From assembly GCA_002633005.1 (NCBI GenBank), contig NMRA01000244.1, forward strand, positions 382,547-446,546: 64,000 nt of DNA, given 5' to 3'. Both the position numbers and the translations under genes were made by a program. Numbering within the stretch: position 1 is the first letter of the stretch; every line of letters begins with the position of its first letter. The notes under the pieces were generated by a model. That model searched no databases. It saw only the letters and a program-made list of their open reading frames with translations, and was not told the origin of the DNA. Source of the DNA: Phoronis australis. Its lineage: Eukaryota; Animalia; Phoronida. Shown piece after piece: positions 48,885 to 63,800 of this stretch.

Positions 48885-51800
48885 CTGCAAGGAAATAAAA
48901 ATAAGAACAAATAAACCCCACTGCGCAATCTCAAGAAAAAACAACCACGGCACAGTGCATATATTTAGGGCTGTTCCAGCAAAATCTGTGTGGGGGGGAA
49001 GGCAACTGAAATAAAAATTTATGGGTGGTTGCGTTTGATTTGAATTCAAAATGGCTGGTGGTTGTACTTCAAAAAAATAAAAATTTACAGGTCGTTGTTG
49101 TTTCATTGGGCCATAAATGTTTGATGGTGGGTAATTTTAGTAAATTTTATAAACAATCCACACAGAATCAAAAACTGAAACACAAATGCAACTTGCAAAA
49201 AGCTCCGACTTTTTCACTCCCTCCGATCTCCTCATCGGCATGCCCATATCACCATTTAACCACAGGTGCTCGAATTTCTCGATGGCTAATAACCATATAT
49301 AAGAAACATATGTTTTCTTAGTAATGAATGACGTTAGTGGTGATGGAGGAACAGATAAACTCAAGCGCCTGTGCAGTCAACCACAAGAACAAAAAAAATT
49401 ACGGGTGGTTGCATTTCAAACTTAGAAAAAATTACGGGTGGTAGGCCGAAGAAATAAATGAAAAATATGGGTGGCGGGTGCGAAAAAAAGGTGCCTTCCC
49501 CCCTCCCATACAGATTTTACTGGAACAGCCCTTACTAAAGATGGTGCTGTGCTAGGCTAATCCAGCCCACAAGGCGCAACATTGTGTTTAACGTTACATC
49601 ACCTGTTTTGAAAATTCATGCAAAGCAAACATGCTCCAAGTGCCAACCCATGGGCCTGTAATTCTCACCCACTGACACAGGTAGCCAGGTCTCAATTCAG
49701 AAGTTTTCACTATACTCTGAAACCAGGTTAACTGGCAAACATTCTACAATTAGAATACAGTTGCCTCATGAAGCAACTGATCACAAGGTCAAGGTCACCT
49801 ACTTTGTCACTCCCTTGCAGTAGAGTAATGAGAGTTTCTTCAGCTTCTTACAGCCTTTCTTCAAGTACTTCAATGACTTATCACTGGAAGACAAAAGAAA
49901 AGACAAAGATCCCTCTAAGCAAGTACAACTAATTGATAACAACACGGAAAGGTGTAATGTTAAATTAATTACAAAATAAGATCAGAAAGGATTTTAGTAA
50001 TAACAGTCTGGTGTTTTATTAAGTGAAGGGGGACAAATCATTGTGAAGGCCTGGATTGTCTCCGTCTTGCCAAAGAGAAAATGTTTGAAATAATAAACGG
50101 AATCATACATAATCCTTCAGCCTTGTATTTCTCCTTCATAGCTTAGAAGCTTATTTGAGATGTCCGTGTATATTGCTAACTAAAAATTTATATCAAAATT
50201 CAACAGGTAGCGACTACTTACGTGACTAGAATACAGCCAGATATATCCAGACATCTGAGGTAATGGCAGACACCAGACAGATACTGCACACTTAGATCTG
50301 TCAGCTGGAAGAACAACACGTCATCAGTCCAGATGTACGTCACATTTTCCACATAAAGAACTTAGTACTTCAATCTATGGATTAACCGGTTACACTAGAC
50401 ATGACACTCAAAGCAAAGATTATCCAACTCTTTAAGATCATACAAAATAGAATGCATATCATCAAGATGGAATAGTTAGCAGCCACAGTACAATGGAACG
50501 TTTACTAATGGCCTCCAAAGCCTTGTGTGAGAGCTACACATCATATTAAGTGTATTGTTACACAAGACCTATGCCATGTCTCAGCCAGTGAGAGATAGTT
50601 GCCACGCCAAACAAGACCTATGCCATGTATCAGCCATAGCTAGTATTATGTGCTACACAGGACCTATGCCATTTCTTAGCCAGTGAGAGATAGTTACCAG
50701 CCTACATCCAGCCAAGTTGAGCACATTGAGTAGGCGACAACAAAAGGCCAAGTTCTTGATAGCTGCGTCTGTCAACATCTGCAACAGAATATTCAGTGCC
50801 TTAGTGACACGGCCAAACACATGCTTCTATCAGAAATACATACTGGTTCAGGATGATATGGGTTTCATGGCTGATTGATTGTCACATATTATCAAAGTAC
50901 ATTTTGATATCCCAAGGAATCTTTTCACTCTTATCAAGGCTTCATTTAACATGACTATAAAAGACATGGATATTGAATGCAGTATTACCTGCTCAACTAA
51001 CCCTCTAAAACATGACGACACACTTCACACAAGCCTTACATGACAGTGAGATAAGTCAAGAGCCTCGATCTCTCTGCTCTGTTGAGCAAACTTCTGTAGG
51101 CCCAGGTCAGTGATGCTTGAGCACTCAGACAGGGTCACTGACCTCAGGTTGGAGTTGTTGCCAAGCGCCGATAGGCCGGCATCGCCACAGTTACAGCCGC
51201 AGATGTCTAGGTAAGCCAGACTATGGGCCTGACCCAGGAGTTCTATACCCGCTTCACTGATGTGTTCACAGAAGTTGACAGTCAGGTAGGCCAAGCTGTG
51301 ACACCTGTAATGTATCAGGGTTAGAACAGGTGAGCAGACGGGCGCAGTAAACAAGTTCAAGATGATGGCCCTGGTAAATAAAATTTATTAAACGCATTCA
51401 GACTTTCAAACTGACATGTTTGCAGAAAGTGAAAAATTGTGATAACCAAGCTACTGTTGAGCTCATGTTCTCAGTGTACCAGGTATCAATACTGCCACTT
51501 CTTTGTTCCTGGCATGACAAATCAAACGAATAATCAACAATTCTCTAAATGTAAACAACTGAGTGGGAAGCACTCACTCCACTTTTGGCTCTGCTAGTAC
51601 TTAGCACCGACGGTATATTATGAATAACATATGGCAACACAAATTCAGAAACTAAACAGATAAACTATCCACCCCACAGAGTAAGAGTGAGCGAGGGTCG
51701 CCATGCCTGACTGTATGAAAACCTCTTTCAAACACAACTCTGTGTTACGGTTTTACGTGGGTTTATTCTAGAGATCTACAAGATACATCTATTCACTAAG

Positions 51801-54800
51801 CTGTCTAACTCTCAACTGAAAACTTGTTTGTCAGAACTAGAGATCAGAATGCTCATGAGTCATAATCAGATTTCAGAGAATTGTTTTGCACAACTTACAC
51901 AATCTATGATTCTAGCTACCAGTGCCATGTAAGGTTATGTTTTGGACTCTGCAAGTTTAATGAAAACCACAAACATAACACTGACCTCTTGTGTATGTTA
52001 ACCACAGCTATATCTCCCACTCGGATACAGTTGGTGAGGTTGAGTTCCCTCAGTCGAGGTCCACATGGACTCTCCACGATGTATCGTACACCAGTGTCGC
52101 TGATTCTACAACGTACGAGAGTAGACATTATAATTGCAAGTACTTACTCATTTGGATGTTCTGGTGCAGGGATACCAAGATCTTTCACTGTTGTGGGCTC
52201 TTTCTGGATTATTTGCACAGAAATGTTATGGTTGTATTATTTTTTGGATTTTAATTTGTTAAATGGACAGAATATTCGAATTGTCAACTGAGGCATTACA
52301 GGACATATCAGAAGCTGCTGAAAATATGACCCATCCCTCTGACACTTCTATAACCTCCAGCCTTATGAGGTGCAGCAAATCAGACACACAAGTTTCAGAA
52401 AGAATCCCTAGTGGGGGGTGTTTTTTGGATGCAAAGTCACTTTGGGAAAATGGACATTTTCGGAAGAGCCCACAGGAATCTCTGAATGAATTTTGGTGCG
52501 CCAGATTCAAGCCCTGATGGGTAAAGAGATACTTCCAGACAGGAATGTGATTTGACCAATAGGTGGTGCTAACAGACAGTTACTATTCAAAGGATTTTAA
52601 GTTACCTTTACTCTGAATATAAATCTACAGTTACCTCAGAGACATCATAATTTCAATATTCACAACTATGTTATTGTTCGGTAACACTGTCACAGTGAAG
52701 TGACAGACAGTTTCAAGCGACTCTTCTCTGCATTCATTGCTCCCAGTCTGTTACAGTGTTAACTCAATGGAAGTGAATGGCAAACAAGACAGAGGAATCT
52801 GATGCTTTAGCTGAGTATAAGTCCAACAAAACCACATTCAATCAATTCAGTCAAAAACGGTGATGTCCTCCTTACATTTGATTAGACTCGAGGTACTAAA
52901 TGTGGCATAGCTCACCTGACACAGTCAGCCAGGTTGAGCACTGTCAGGTGTTTACACGCTGACAGCGCCTTGAGTGAGTGGTCAGTGATCTTCATACAAT
53001 CAGTCAGGTGCAAGTGTCGAAGGTCACTACAATGCTTGCCGATCACCTTCAGGCTGGCATCCGTCACCTTTTGGTTGGCTGGACAAACAAACAAGAAGTC
53101 TTGACTAGGAAAGTGAAATCTTGTGTTTTCATTCATTTGAATCATTTATACAAGAAGATTTAAATAAATACATTAACATGCTAACACGTTCAACCCCATA
53201 GCAACTGTCAGATAATGTTTTGAAAGATTTTGGATATTCAAAACATTAGACGTGAACTTCAAAAAATGAAAAGAAGAATAATGTTGACAATTATTGTTGT
53301 TTTTGGTAAAAACAAGAAAATGTTGGGCATAACGTTTCAAGCCTGCAGCACAGACCCTTGATCACTTTTAACCAATATTGTTTTTCCCAAATCGGTAATA
53401 TATTGCCACACCCAAGATGTCACCTGCAGACATGTCGGTGCATATCTGCGGCTACACACCTGCAAAAAATGACAGAGACAACAGATGTCCTTCCTTACCT
53501 TCTATTTTGAGTGTGCGTAGTTTCCTGGATGCTCCGAGTAGTTTGAAAGCCTCGTCAGACAGCAGGGGAGAGCCCAGGAAGGAAATGTGAGCCAACTGTT
53601 TACACCTTTCAATCACATACTGTTGACAAGGGGAGATAAGTCATAAACTGTAGCTGGACAAAGGAAAGCAATCACAAACAGCAGCTGGGCAAGAGAATAA
53701 GTCACACACTTCAGCTGGGTAGGAGAGATGAGTGATAAACTAGTTAACGTCAAAAGAAATTGCACAAAAACCTGTGCCTCATGAAGAAACAACATGCCAG
53801 TCAATAAGACCACATAAAAAGTTGGTTCCAAATCCAGTGGCTAGTAGTTGCGCAAGCATGCATGAAGCCAGTTTGTTTTCTTGTGCCTGTTTGTGTGTTG
53901 TTAAAATTTCGTTAACTACAGTTCTATACCTGTGACATGTCCAACTTTCTGTCATTGCATTTAATGTCATTTTCTCCAGTTACCAGCATCTCCGAGATCA
54001 TATTGGCTGATGGTGGCTAACTTATATACCGGTCATTCATCATGATTCTGTTTAATAACAAATTTGACTCAGAAATTTGGTCTTAAAACTCCCACTTCCC
54101 AATTATCCACTAGAGGGCACCACAGTCTAGAAATATTTTACAGAAATTATCTCATTAACCTGCAGTAAGTTGTAAAATAATTCTCACAGATGTTCCTTTC
54201 TTCTTCAAATGAGATTCTCAAATAATCACTTGGAGCATAAGACCAAATTACTGACTTTAGTCGTAAATCACTTTTCAAGAAACAGACACAAGGTGATGTA
54301 GCTGAACAGACTTACTGTTGTACATGTGTCGTCCAAGGCAGGGAACTCATTTAGGACGACGCTGGTTAGACTTGTACATCCATCCTGTGAACAGAGACTC
54401 TTGAAGCCTTCCCCAGTCAACTATAACAAAATTAATGGTAAGAAGTGGTTAGATTTGCACACCCATCAGATGAACACAGACTCTTGAATGTTGCCATGTT
54501 ATGCTCCTCATTAATTCTGCTTGGTGTGCAACAAAATGAGCCAATTACCAAACCACCACCAGCAGTTGGATTTTGAGGTAAGCCAAGCGTCAATTCTTGG
54601 CATGAAAAATGTCAACTACCTCCGCAGCTTGTAATCACTTCATATACAAACTCACCACATTTTAATAGTGGACATACCAGATTGTCCAAGAATTACCAAG
54701 TCCTTGCCCCTTTGGTAAATGCTAAACTTCCAATCCTTCCATAACATTATATTGTTGTGATGGACAGTCTGGAGATGGCATACGGGCAATACCATGTGTC

Positions 54801-57800
54801 ACGTCAGTAGACAAACCGCCAACAGCAAAGGTTAATTATCAGTTCCTGGGACCCTTTGTCAAACACAAGGCAATCAAACATAGCATGGCGTGTTACCTGG
54901 GTACAACCAGACAGGTCAAGATATATCAGTTTCTTAGCCCCCTTTCCATGAGCCAGGTACAAAATCCCTTTGTTGGTGAACTTCTTGCAGTAAGCTAGAC
55001 TCAAGTATTGTAGGTTACAGCAGTACCTGAAACACGGGAGAGAAGACTGGAAATGTAACAAGGAATATATGGTGCTTCACCTTGTACTAGGAATATATGG
55101 TGCTTCACCTTGCACTAGCTATCATTGACTTAAAGAAATTATGAGTCAAATAAAAAATATAAGGTGCAGCCCTGGAATTAAAAAAAATGCAAAACTGAGA
55201 TAAAATATACTACCATGAATATTCATTTCTATAACACGTTCATTCAAATCCATATTGTTCCAGTGAGATCTGAACCTATCACGTTTCACTGATTGTGAGT
55301 CTGATGAGCCATCAACACACTACACAGGTTTGCACTAGTTAGAGTAGACGAACACAGATCCACAGTTGGTCAATGAACCATAAAACTACACTGCCTTGAA
55401 CCCTGACTATTCCCTCACTTACTTGCCAATAATGCGTAACCCTCCATCAGTGATGTGGTTGTGAGATATGTTCAAGTACAACAGTATGGTACAACCTTCT
55501 ACTACGTGCTTAAGTGTTTCATCCTGAAATACATCAAGTTTTAAGTGAAAGAGTGTACAAATTAAATATTAATCTTGAATGGAACAACCAGACCAGCAAC
55601 ACGAGCAAGGCAAACTATGACTCCATACATCGCATGGTTATGAGACATAGGGGTCCAGACTTCTCTAGAGACTCCAGCCACCCTACACAGAACACACAAC
55701 TGCTGTGGTAGTAGGTCAGGAATCAACAAGAATCAATCGTCCTCACTCCAAAAAATTATCATATAAATTGCCAACCTGTGGAACAATACAGAGCAATAGA
55801 GGGCACTCCTATAGCTGGACTGATCAACAAAGAAACCATTTCCTCCATGTCAATAATGTTCACAAAATTAAATACCACGTCTATTTGATTAAAACAAATA
55901 AATAAAATTAAAAGTAAAACCACTGTTAAAAGAGTATTGATGCTATTGTCAGAATGGTGCTCTATACGCAATTGATAAGTGTGTAAAATATTATATGAAA
56001 TTGTATCGGTCTGTTTTGACCACTAAATGATTCAAACCAACATTAACTCAAAACAAGAAAGGCAATAGTGGACACATAACAAGTGTGAATTGTTCACTGT
56101 GCTGTGAAATGAAGAAGTCAACTAACTAAAAAATATAATTGACCAGTTTTCTACGGGCGATAGCTCTTACATTGATCTCTGCACATTCGGAGAGATTCAG
56201 ATCCTGTATATTACGACACTCGCTGATACTCTGGAATGTCTTTCTAGTGATGTAGTTACACCCGCGCAGGTTGAGATGGACTAAATATGGCCGACACTTC
56301 TGCAGCAGACGGGTTGCAATACGATCTGTAACGCTGCAAGTGAACAGAAATGAATCACAAACCTTTTAGACATAAGCCAACGTCAAATTCATAATCACAT
56401 TAAAATACGAAATTCTCCTTTAACTCAATAAAATATTTATACCCAAGACATGTTTCCAACTAAAACGTCTCAAACACAGACTTTGCCATTAACAAAGCAA
56501 AATTGCGAAAGGTTCAATTTCAGTGCACAGAAATTAAAATTCAACTCGAGCACCAGAGCACTCAATATGCAACAACAAGAGTAGAAAAGAGTGTTTGGTT
56601 TGGGTTTTAGATAACAAGGAGGCAGAACCAGTGAAGAGACACAACACCAACAGAAGGCGGAGATATTATGGATGTGCAATAGCTGCCTAGTTTGATGAAC
56701 TTGATACAACAGGTGAAGTCAGTTTCAGGATAGCTTTGACTTTCAACAATTGGTTATACAACAAATATATGAACTGACCAAACAAACCCACATTGATTTT
56801 TTGACCAGCTTATCTTAATACCCATTTAAGAGATGACTGACGAATTACTTGCAGCTGACAAAACAGATTTTCAACTCATTAAATACCTGTCCAAAGAACT
56901 GTTTTTAAATGTTTTGATTTGTATTTAAAAACTTGCCAACTACAAAGGGATGTAATGCATTAGATACTCAGCAGATATCTAAACAGGATGGTTAAAATGA
57001 TAAATCACAACTTTACAGTAATAGACATTAAAGCTTAGCTACACCAACAGAGGGGGTAGCTCAGCAAGGGGGTTGTACTAATATAATAAGGAAAGGGTAG
57101 ACAAGCTGTCTACAACTGGGATTGTACCACTAATGCAGAAGGGGTGGTCAAGCTGATTACAACAAACTTAAAGGTAGTGCTGTGATTGAAGAAGAGGCAG
57201 TGAAGCCATTGACAAGGAAGGTAGTACTACAAGTAAGGAAGGGACAAAGGAATTCCATTTAAGACAGTACTACTAGTACAGGAGGAGGGGGGTCAAGGAG
57301 GGAGGGTCAAGCAGTAACTATAGTAAGCTTTAGTATATACCCGTCAATGAGTCTGGTGTCGGTGCCATGGCAACACAATGTAAACACATCAGGTGCAGCA
57401 AACAGTGTGGAAATAAACATAAATAGTTAAAAAAAATATTTAAGGCAAATGATGTCAGTTATATGCACTGGTTCTAAAAGAAAGAGAGATGTAAAATTAA
57501 TGAAATAAAAATACAAAAATTCCCTTTTGTGCCATCACCAACAGGATAGTCAAATGAATGAGAAATACCGAAATGTTATAAAATAATAATGAGGTTTTAC
57601 GTATAATTAGTAATCCGCATGTTATTAGGAAAAATAATTACCAAACTTCATCATAAAAAAATAAGTAAGATATCCAACAGGCAACACAAATAAAAATATT
57701 GCAACTTGTTTTATGAACAATAAACACCTTAATTAGTAAATACATGTACACCAAAAACCACTGACCTGTTTTTAATCTTCGCAAAATCGAGCTGAAAAAT

Positions 57801-60800
57801 ACACATTAAAACACATAGTTAACCAATAACTCTGTGCAAAATATCTTCTTCAACTATTTGACTATATTAGAAATAGGGTAATTATAATGAAACATCAAAC
57901 TGCAATATTTACCACCAATCAAGTATACTCAACTATTTGACATCTTTCGTCATTACCTCCAGACTACACCCAAGAAACAACAAAGTTTATTTGGTGGAAA
58001 TGCATTGATTTCCCATTGTGTTCACCAAAGGACCGAAGAGCTCCTTAAGGTATTGAAAAGAAATGTGCAACGAATTAACATTTACGGCATAATGCTTTGT
58101 TGGCGATGATATAAAGTTTTCCTAGGCAGACGAGTGCTGTTTCAGAAACTTAAGGTAAATGCAAATGAATTGCTAAAAGATCTCAAGACCCCGGCTCATT
58201 AAAACTAACAAGCTTTCAGAGAGAGAATGCTGTTGTCAACAATTTCCATGACCTACAAACTGAACCTTCACTCACCTGAGTCCAGAGAGAGGGCGTTGTT
58301 GTCAACACTTTCCATGACCTACAAACACAGGCACACCGGGCAAGGTCACTGATATCAACGTAGCTGAAGATCTGGAAATAACAACATGTACTTATAGCCT
58401 CATAGTAAGATATGAAAATAACATACATGTCTTTATAGCTTCAGAGTAAGATATGGAAAAAAACAGCATGTCTTTATAGCCTCAGAGCAAGATCTGGAAA
58501 AATCAGCATGTCTATATAGCCTCAGAGCAACATCAGCAAACAAGGCGCAGAGCAGTGGAGGATCGAAGCAGAATTGCAGTTTTTAAACTGATTTAAAAAT
58601 CAGGTGAGCAATAAAAAGACTTGTGTTTTGAAAAAAGCTGATTTGAGCTGAAAGCTAAATAATTATAACAAAATTCTTAAGGTAATGCAGGACCCTAGAG
58701 AAATGTCCAAATATGGCTTAATTTGGAACAACATATCTCAGAATGATTGGATTCATAATGAAACTTTCAGACACAATGCATTATACACTGTTCTACACAA
58801 GGCTGTTAGGAATTGTTTTGAAAATGTTTCATTTTTGTAAAAGAGGCTATCAAAAATAGGAATTTTATAATTTCCATGAAAAAATATTCGAGGCATAAAA
58901 CGAAAATGTAATATTACAGTACGATATATCAGTGTGCACATCTTCATCACATTGTCATGAAAAATACTACACTAATCTACAACTAGATATAATTCAAAAA
59001 CCACAGCAGACTGGTACGTCCAACAAAATTTTACAAAACTCTCCAAAAACAGAGATCCTAATCCTCGGCAAACTGGTTTCCATTTTCTTTTGGTCATATT
59101 TCTGCTTTACATAGACTTTGTCACAGGGACAAGAAAATCAAAACCCACAATGAAATTGTCTATACGCAACCTTCTAAAGTTAGAAATACTATGTTCAGAC
59201 TGCAATGGCAGCAGTTCACTTTATGAATCAAAAGGGACTGAAGGGACATAGGGGCAACTGACTTCTAATTGTCCCCTTAGTGTACAATGGGTTCTATACT
59301 GAAGACTGCTGTAGTTTGTGTCACATTTGGCCATCATAGACTGCAGTAGATTTTCATAGATCCTCATGAAATAGGAAGGACTCAAGTTTATTAGTTTTTC
59401 GTAGATTACTGTGCAATGGACATCAGTAGGTCTGAATCTATTCTAAAAGTTTAAAGATTGTCAGGCAATACACATTCTGTTGGTCTGAGTCTATTACAGA
59501 TATGCATAGATCATTGCACAACAGGTGCCATCTGTAGGCCTCAGCCTGTAGCAGATTGCTTGTTCTTCCTACCTTGATAGCCACCTTGCGGGGCATCATG
59601 GAGATATCGTCACGTGCCTCCCCCGTCCCTCGGTGAAACTCTTCCTCCTCGTCCATGTGTTCACCTCGCTCAAGGCGCTAGACAACAGATGGCATCATTT
59701 TAGCCTCAAAACAGAAAGTATTGCATTGGGGAACAGGGGTGGTTAAAGAAGTGGTTAAGCCATTTGATGATCAATATAATAGTGAATATTGTTATAAACT
59801 AGGAACTAGAAGGGTGTCCTCTTTATTAAAGCTTTAAAATTAACTGTCAACGTTAAAGGCAATCTAATTGCATATCAGTGTGAAATATATGCACAAGAAG
59901 GTCATCAAATAACATAAAAATTACATAAATTCTAGGTACCGAAATGAATTGCCGAATTACAAACCAACCAGTAGACAGATTAAAGCTTTCTAATAGGCGA
60001 GATATTATTTGTTACACAGTCATGAATAGTTGACAGAAATAACACAATACTGCTGCATGAACTCACTACAGCTTATGCATCTACCAGGGGGAAAGCATGA
60101 GAGAAGGGGTTCTATAGTACTAACAACATGGCAAGAGTAGTCTATGGAAAGACTAGAGTGCAGGTATGGTGACCAGCTTGATGACACTCTTGCACACTAG
60201 GAAATATGCGACAGCTTGGAACTAGAGATAATTGTCAACCTTTTTCCACAGTTCTAAATTTCACAAACTTTTTTTCTAATAAATTATGTATAAAATTATT
60301 ATTGCTATTCATATTTCTTCAGTTGTATCATTTACGGCCAAATAAATCAGTTGCTTACATCAACATGCATTGATTTCAGTTCTGTTTCTAATTTGTATTG
60401 GCCATTTTCAAGCCACTAGATTTTAGGTCTCTTTTACCACAAATAGGAATTTTATATCACCAGGCAAAAAAACGAAACAATGGGAGAGTTCTACCCCAAA
60501 ACTTGAACCAAAACAATGGGAGAGTTCTACCCCAAAACATGAACCAAAACAATGGGAGAGTTCTACCCCAAAACATGAACCAAAACAATGGGAGAGTTCT
60601 ACCCCAAAACATGAACCAAAACAATGACTTTCAAGGATGGAGTGTATGGGGCTTAAATGTCATTCGATGAAATGTGAAAAGATGCCACAGAGATTGACAA
60701 TTACCTTCATCTTAATGTCAATGCAAATATCGGGATGTTTAAATCAGCGGACAAGCTTCCACTCTGAGGCCTCCAACACCAGGCGCACTTTACATATTTT

Positions 60801-63800
60801 AGATCCAGGCTCCAAACATAATATGGTTTGTGAACCCGACTACCCCATAGGTTCTCAAAGCTGCCAACAGACTCCTAGGCATCACCACTATCTATATCTA
60901 CGTCTACAGCACAATACAAATAAACTAGCAACAAGATGTGCAAGCGGCTTGCAAGTTGCTGGTAACTCTGGTTAGTAAATGCACGTCTCAGTGGTACACA
61001 AGCTGGATGATCTAACCTACAAGCTGGCAAACAACGTCTCAAAGTCAAATAACTGGTTCGTGAAGGTCATCCTATTAATCACGAGTGAAACACAGCACTT
61101 AAGTGGTGATTTAAGAACACTTGCAGGATTTCATAATAATCAACTCTCTGGGCTCAACACAAGGTGGCAATGGTGTGTATGACCAACATTCCGTCTGCTA
61201 CCTTGAGGGGTGCTAAGAGCACATCTGCCATCCAATTACAAAGCTTACAGTTTTCAAATAATAAAAATAAGATTTAGGACTCTGTTGGTAGTGACAATAA
61301 CCTGTGTTCCACAAAATAGCAGACGGACGTGTGGCAATGTGATGTGAAGGGTTACTAACAGACGCGACATCAAATTGGAAAATAATAGAATGAGAAAACT
61401 TTACCCTTAAGTTACTCTACACCATAAAAAGAAAGAAAACAAAGAATTAGAAATTGTGTGGATTAATCCAATAAACACAGATTATTGAACAGATGTGACG
61501 ATACATCTCACTTGGTCAGTTCATCACGATGTCAGAAAAATTCAAAACAACAAACCAACAACAAATAAATAAACAAATTGTTTCACATTATTTGAAAAAA
61601 AATGGTGCTGAATCACTTACAAGACACAAGACAATGAAACATTTACATGAATTTAATTAAAACGGTAATTTAAATCATGCATCCAAAAGAGTGCGTGAAC
61701 GAGGACACAGACATGTTGCCAAGGTTACTGGTGTGCATTTACAGTAAATTGATGTATGTTATGACTTATTCATTATGAGTATAATATGCAGAATTATGAG
61801 TCGTTGTTGAACTTACTCAAGATGAAAGGCAATGTTTCCCCAGCTCCTGCTGGCTTTTTCAAACATGTGTGATCTTTTTAACTCCGACTGAATCCACCAG
61901 AGGTCGCACAGGCTTGAACAAGCCAGTAGACGCTGGCAAGACATTGGCTTTCATCTCAAGTAAGTTCAGTTATAACTCATAATTTTCTGCAGATTATGCA
62001 TTTAATGTAGTATAAGAAGTGTTCTGAATGACGTGAACCTGCAATGGAAACTGCCATTAGTGTCACAAAAACATCAAAAGCACATAACTGCCTATACTAG
62101 CAACATCCCTACTTGCATTATCTAGCCAGACTATCAAACCAACAGCAAACTTAACACAGGAACATTGGGTGGTAAATATACCCAATGATAGATATTTCAG
62201 GGAGAGACTTATAATATCAGACAAAAGACTGTGAATTTTGATAACTGTATCACGAGCCATTGAAAAACTTTTTTTGAAAATGTCACTAAGTTAACACAAA
62301 ATAATACTGACAATTGTACAATAAGACAGTTCACTTTGCCGTACCTCAAAGTATTCTCGTGTTCTCTTGGCATCCATGGCAACGTCATGCCAAGCATCAA
62401 AAATAACACGACATACGGACACATAGTAGACATGCTGGATCTTGTGGAAGGCCACTAGAATGGAAGTAAATGGGATTGAAGTTGCCACGGAAATCAAAGT
62501 AGATCTTTTTTCTCATAAAATTGGTCTTGTAATATTCCTTACTGTGACAAAATTATATTTCTGTTACCAACAAGAGCATAGAAAGCACCAGCAACTCAGC
62601 GTCAAACCTAAAATTGTGAAATGAATTTGAACAAGATGCATGTATGGATTGCCTGTGACTTGAATTGCCGGCTCATTCAACAACATTTCAAGATTGGACG
62701 AGTGTAATAATGTTTTTTCTACTCCAAAGCGCTTTGGTTACGAATTCCAGATTTTTCTTTTAGCCACCTTAGCAGGGTAAAATGTAACTTGAATATGCCA
62801 TTGCAACGGTGCCTGTCGATTACACTCTGCCATGGTCGGCTAAACAGTTTTTCTACCATTGTGCGCAACAGACAATTCTCAGTCACAGTGGCACAACTAA
62901 ATAATAGGAAGAGTGCAAAAGTGACATTTTAAGTCCAATGAGGGGATCACATGTCACCACATCTCACAGCAGTACAGTGCTGTAGTAGGGCGTAGGCGCA
63001 GTCAACCACTTTTTGGCATTTAGATGTAGCGCCTACGCACGCTAAATAACGTTAAGTGCTCAAGGTGATACGGTGGTCTTTGGGTGCCTACTTACCTCTA
63101 ATTTTACCACTGACTACAGCACTGCAGCAGTAACCACAAACTACACCCAATTCTGGAGCACATAGTGTGTCCGGGCAATGTGCTTTTGGTAATTTATCTC
63201 ATTTATCTCCCCTTGCAATGAAATTAAAACCATGGCCTTTATCAGTCATTAACGGATATGTTAATTTAGCAGAATGCTACTTGTCACTGAATTAGACCTA
63301 TTGCAAGGATCTAGTCCACTGAGAACTCACTTGCTTGCCTTCCCTTGCGGAACTGAGTCCACACCAGCCAGTGTCTGATACGAAGTCTCATTAAACGATG
63401 GTTGAAGTGTATGATGGCCTTCTTCATCTGTTGCCTCATCATCTCCTTCTTTTCTTTCTTACGCAAATGATACTGCATCCAGGCACTATTGAATATGACA
63501 TGAATGTAAATAATACAGCCACCAGACACTTAATAGTGAAATACCAAGCTTGTTATGGTATCCTAGCTCTGGTTCACAGGCAAAATTCCATTGTATCAAA
63601 TTCTTTGTCTTACATGAACATTGTCTCAAACCATCAAGCCTATGAAGTCAATACAGACACAAACTAAAGTCGACAAGAGCGTAACACCTAGCGATTGTGA
63701 TTTGTACACATTTTCAATAAGAATAGGATTAACGAAGAAAAACAAATTTGTTTCATTTAACATCTAATATAAAAAAGATTATATTGAAACAAAGGAGCCT

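Noticed and set aside
55255-55325. tRNA-like sequence on the minus strand
   Set aside because: Degenerate A/B boxes and no cloverleaf; at best an old SINE head.
61405-61416. Possible 12-nt microexon after a strong pyrimidine tract in an FBXL13 intron
   Set aside because: Not required for frame or homology; cannot be supported without reads.
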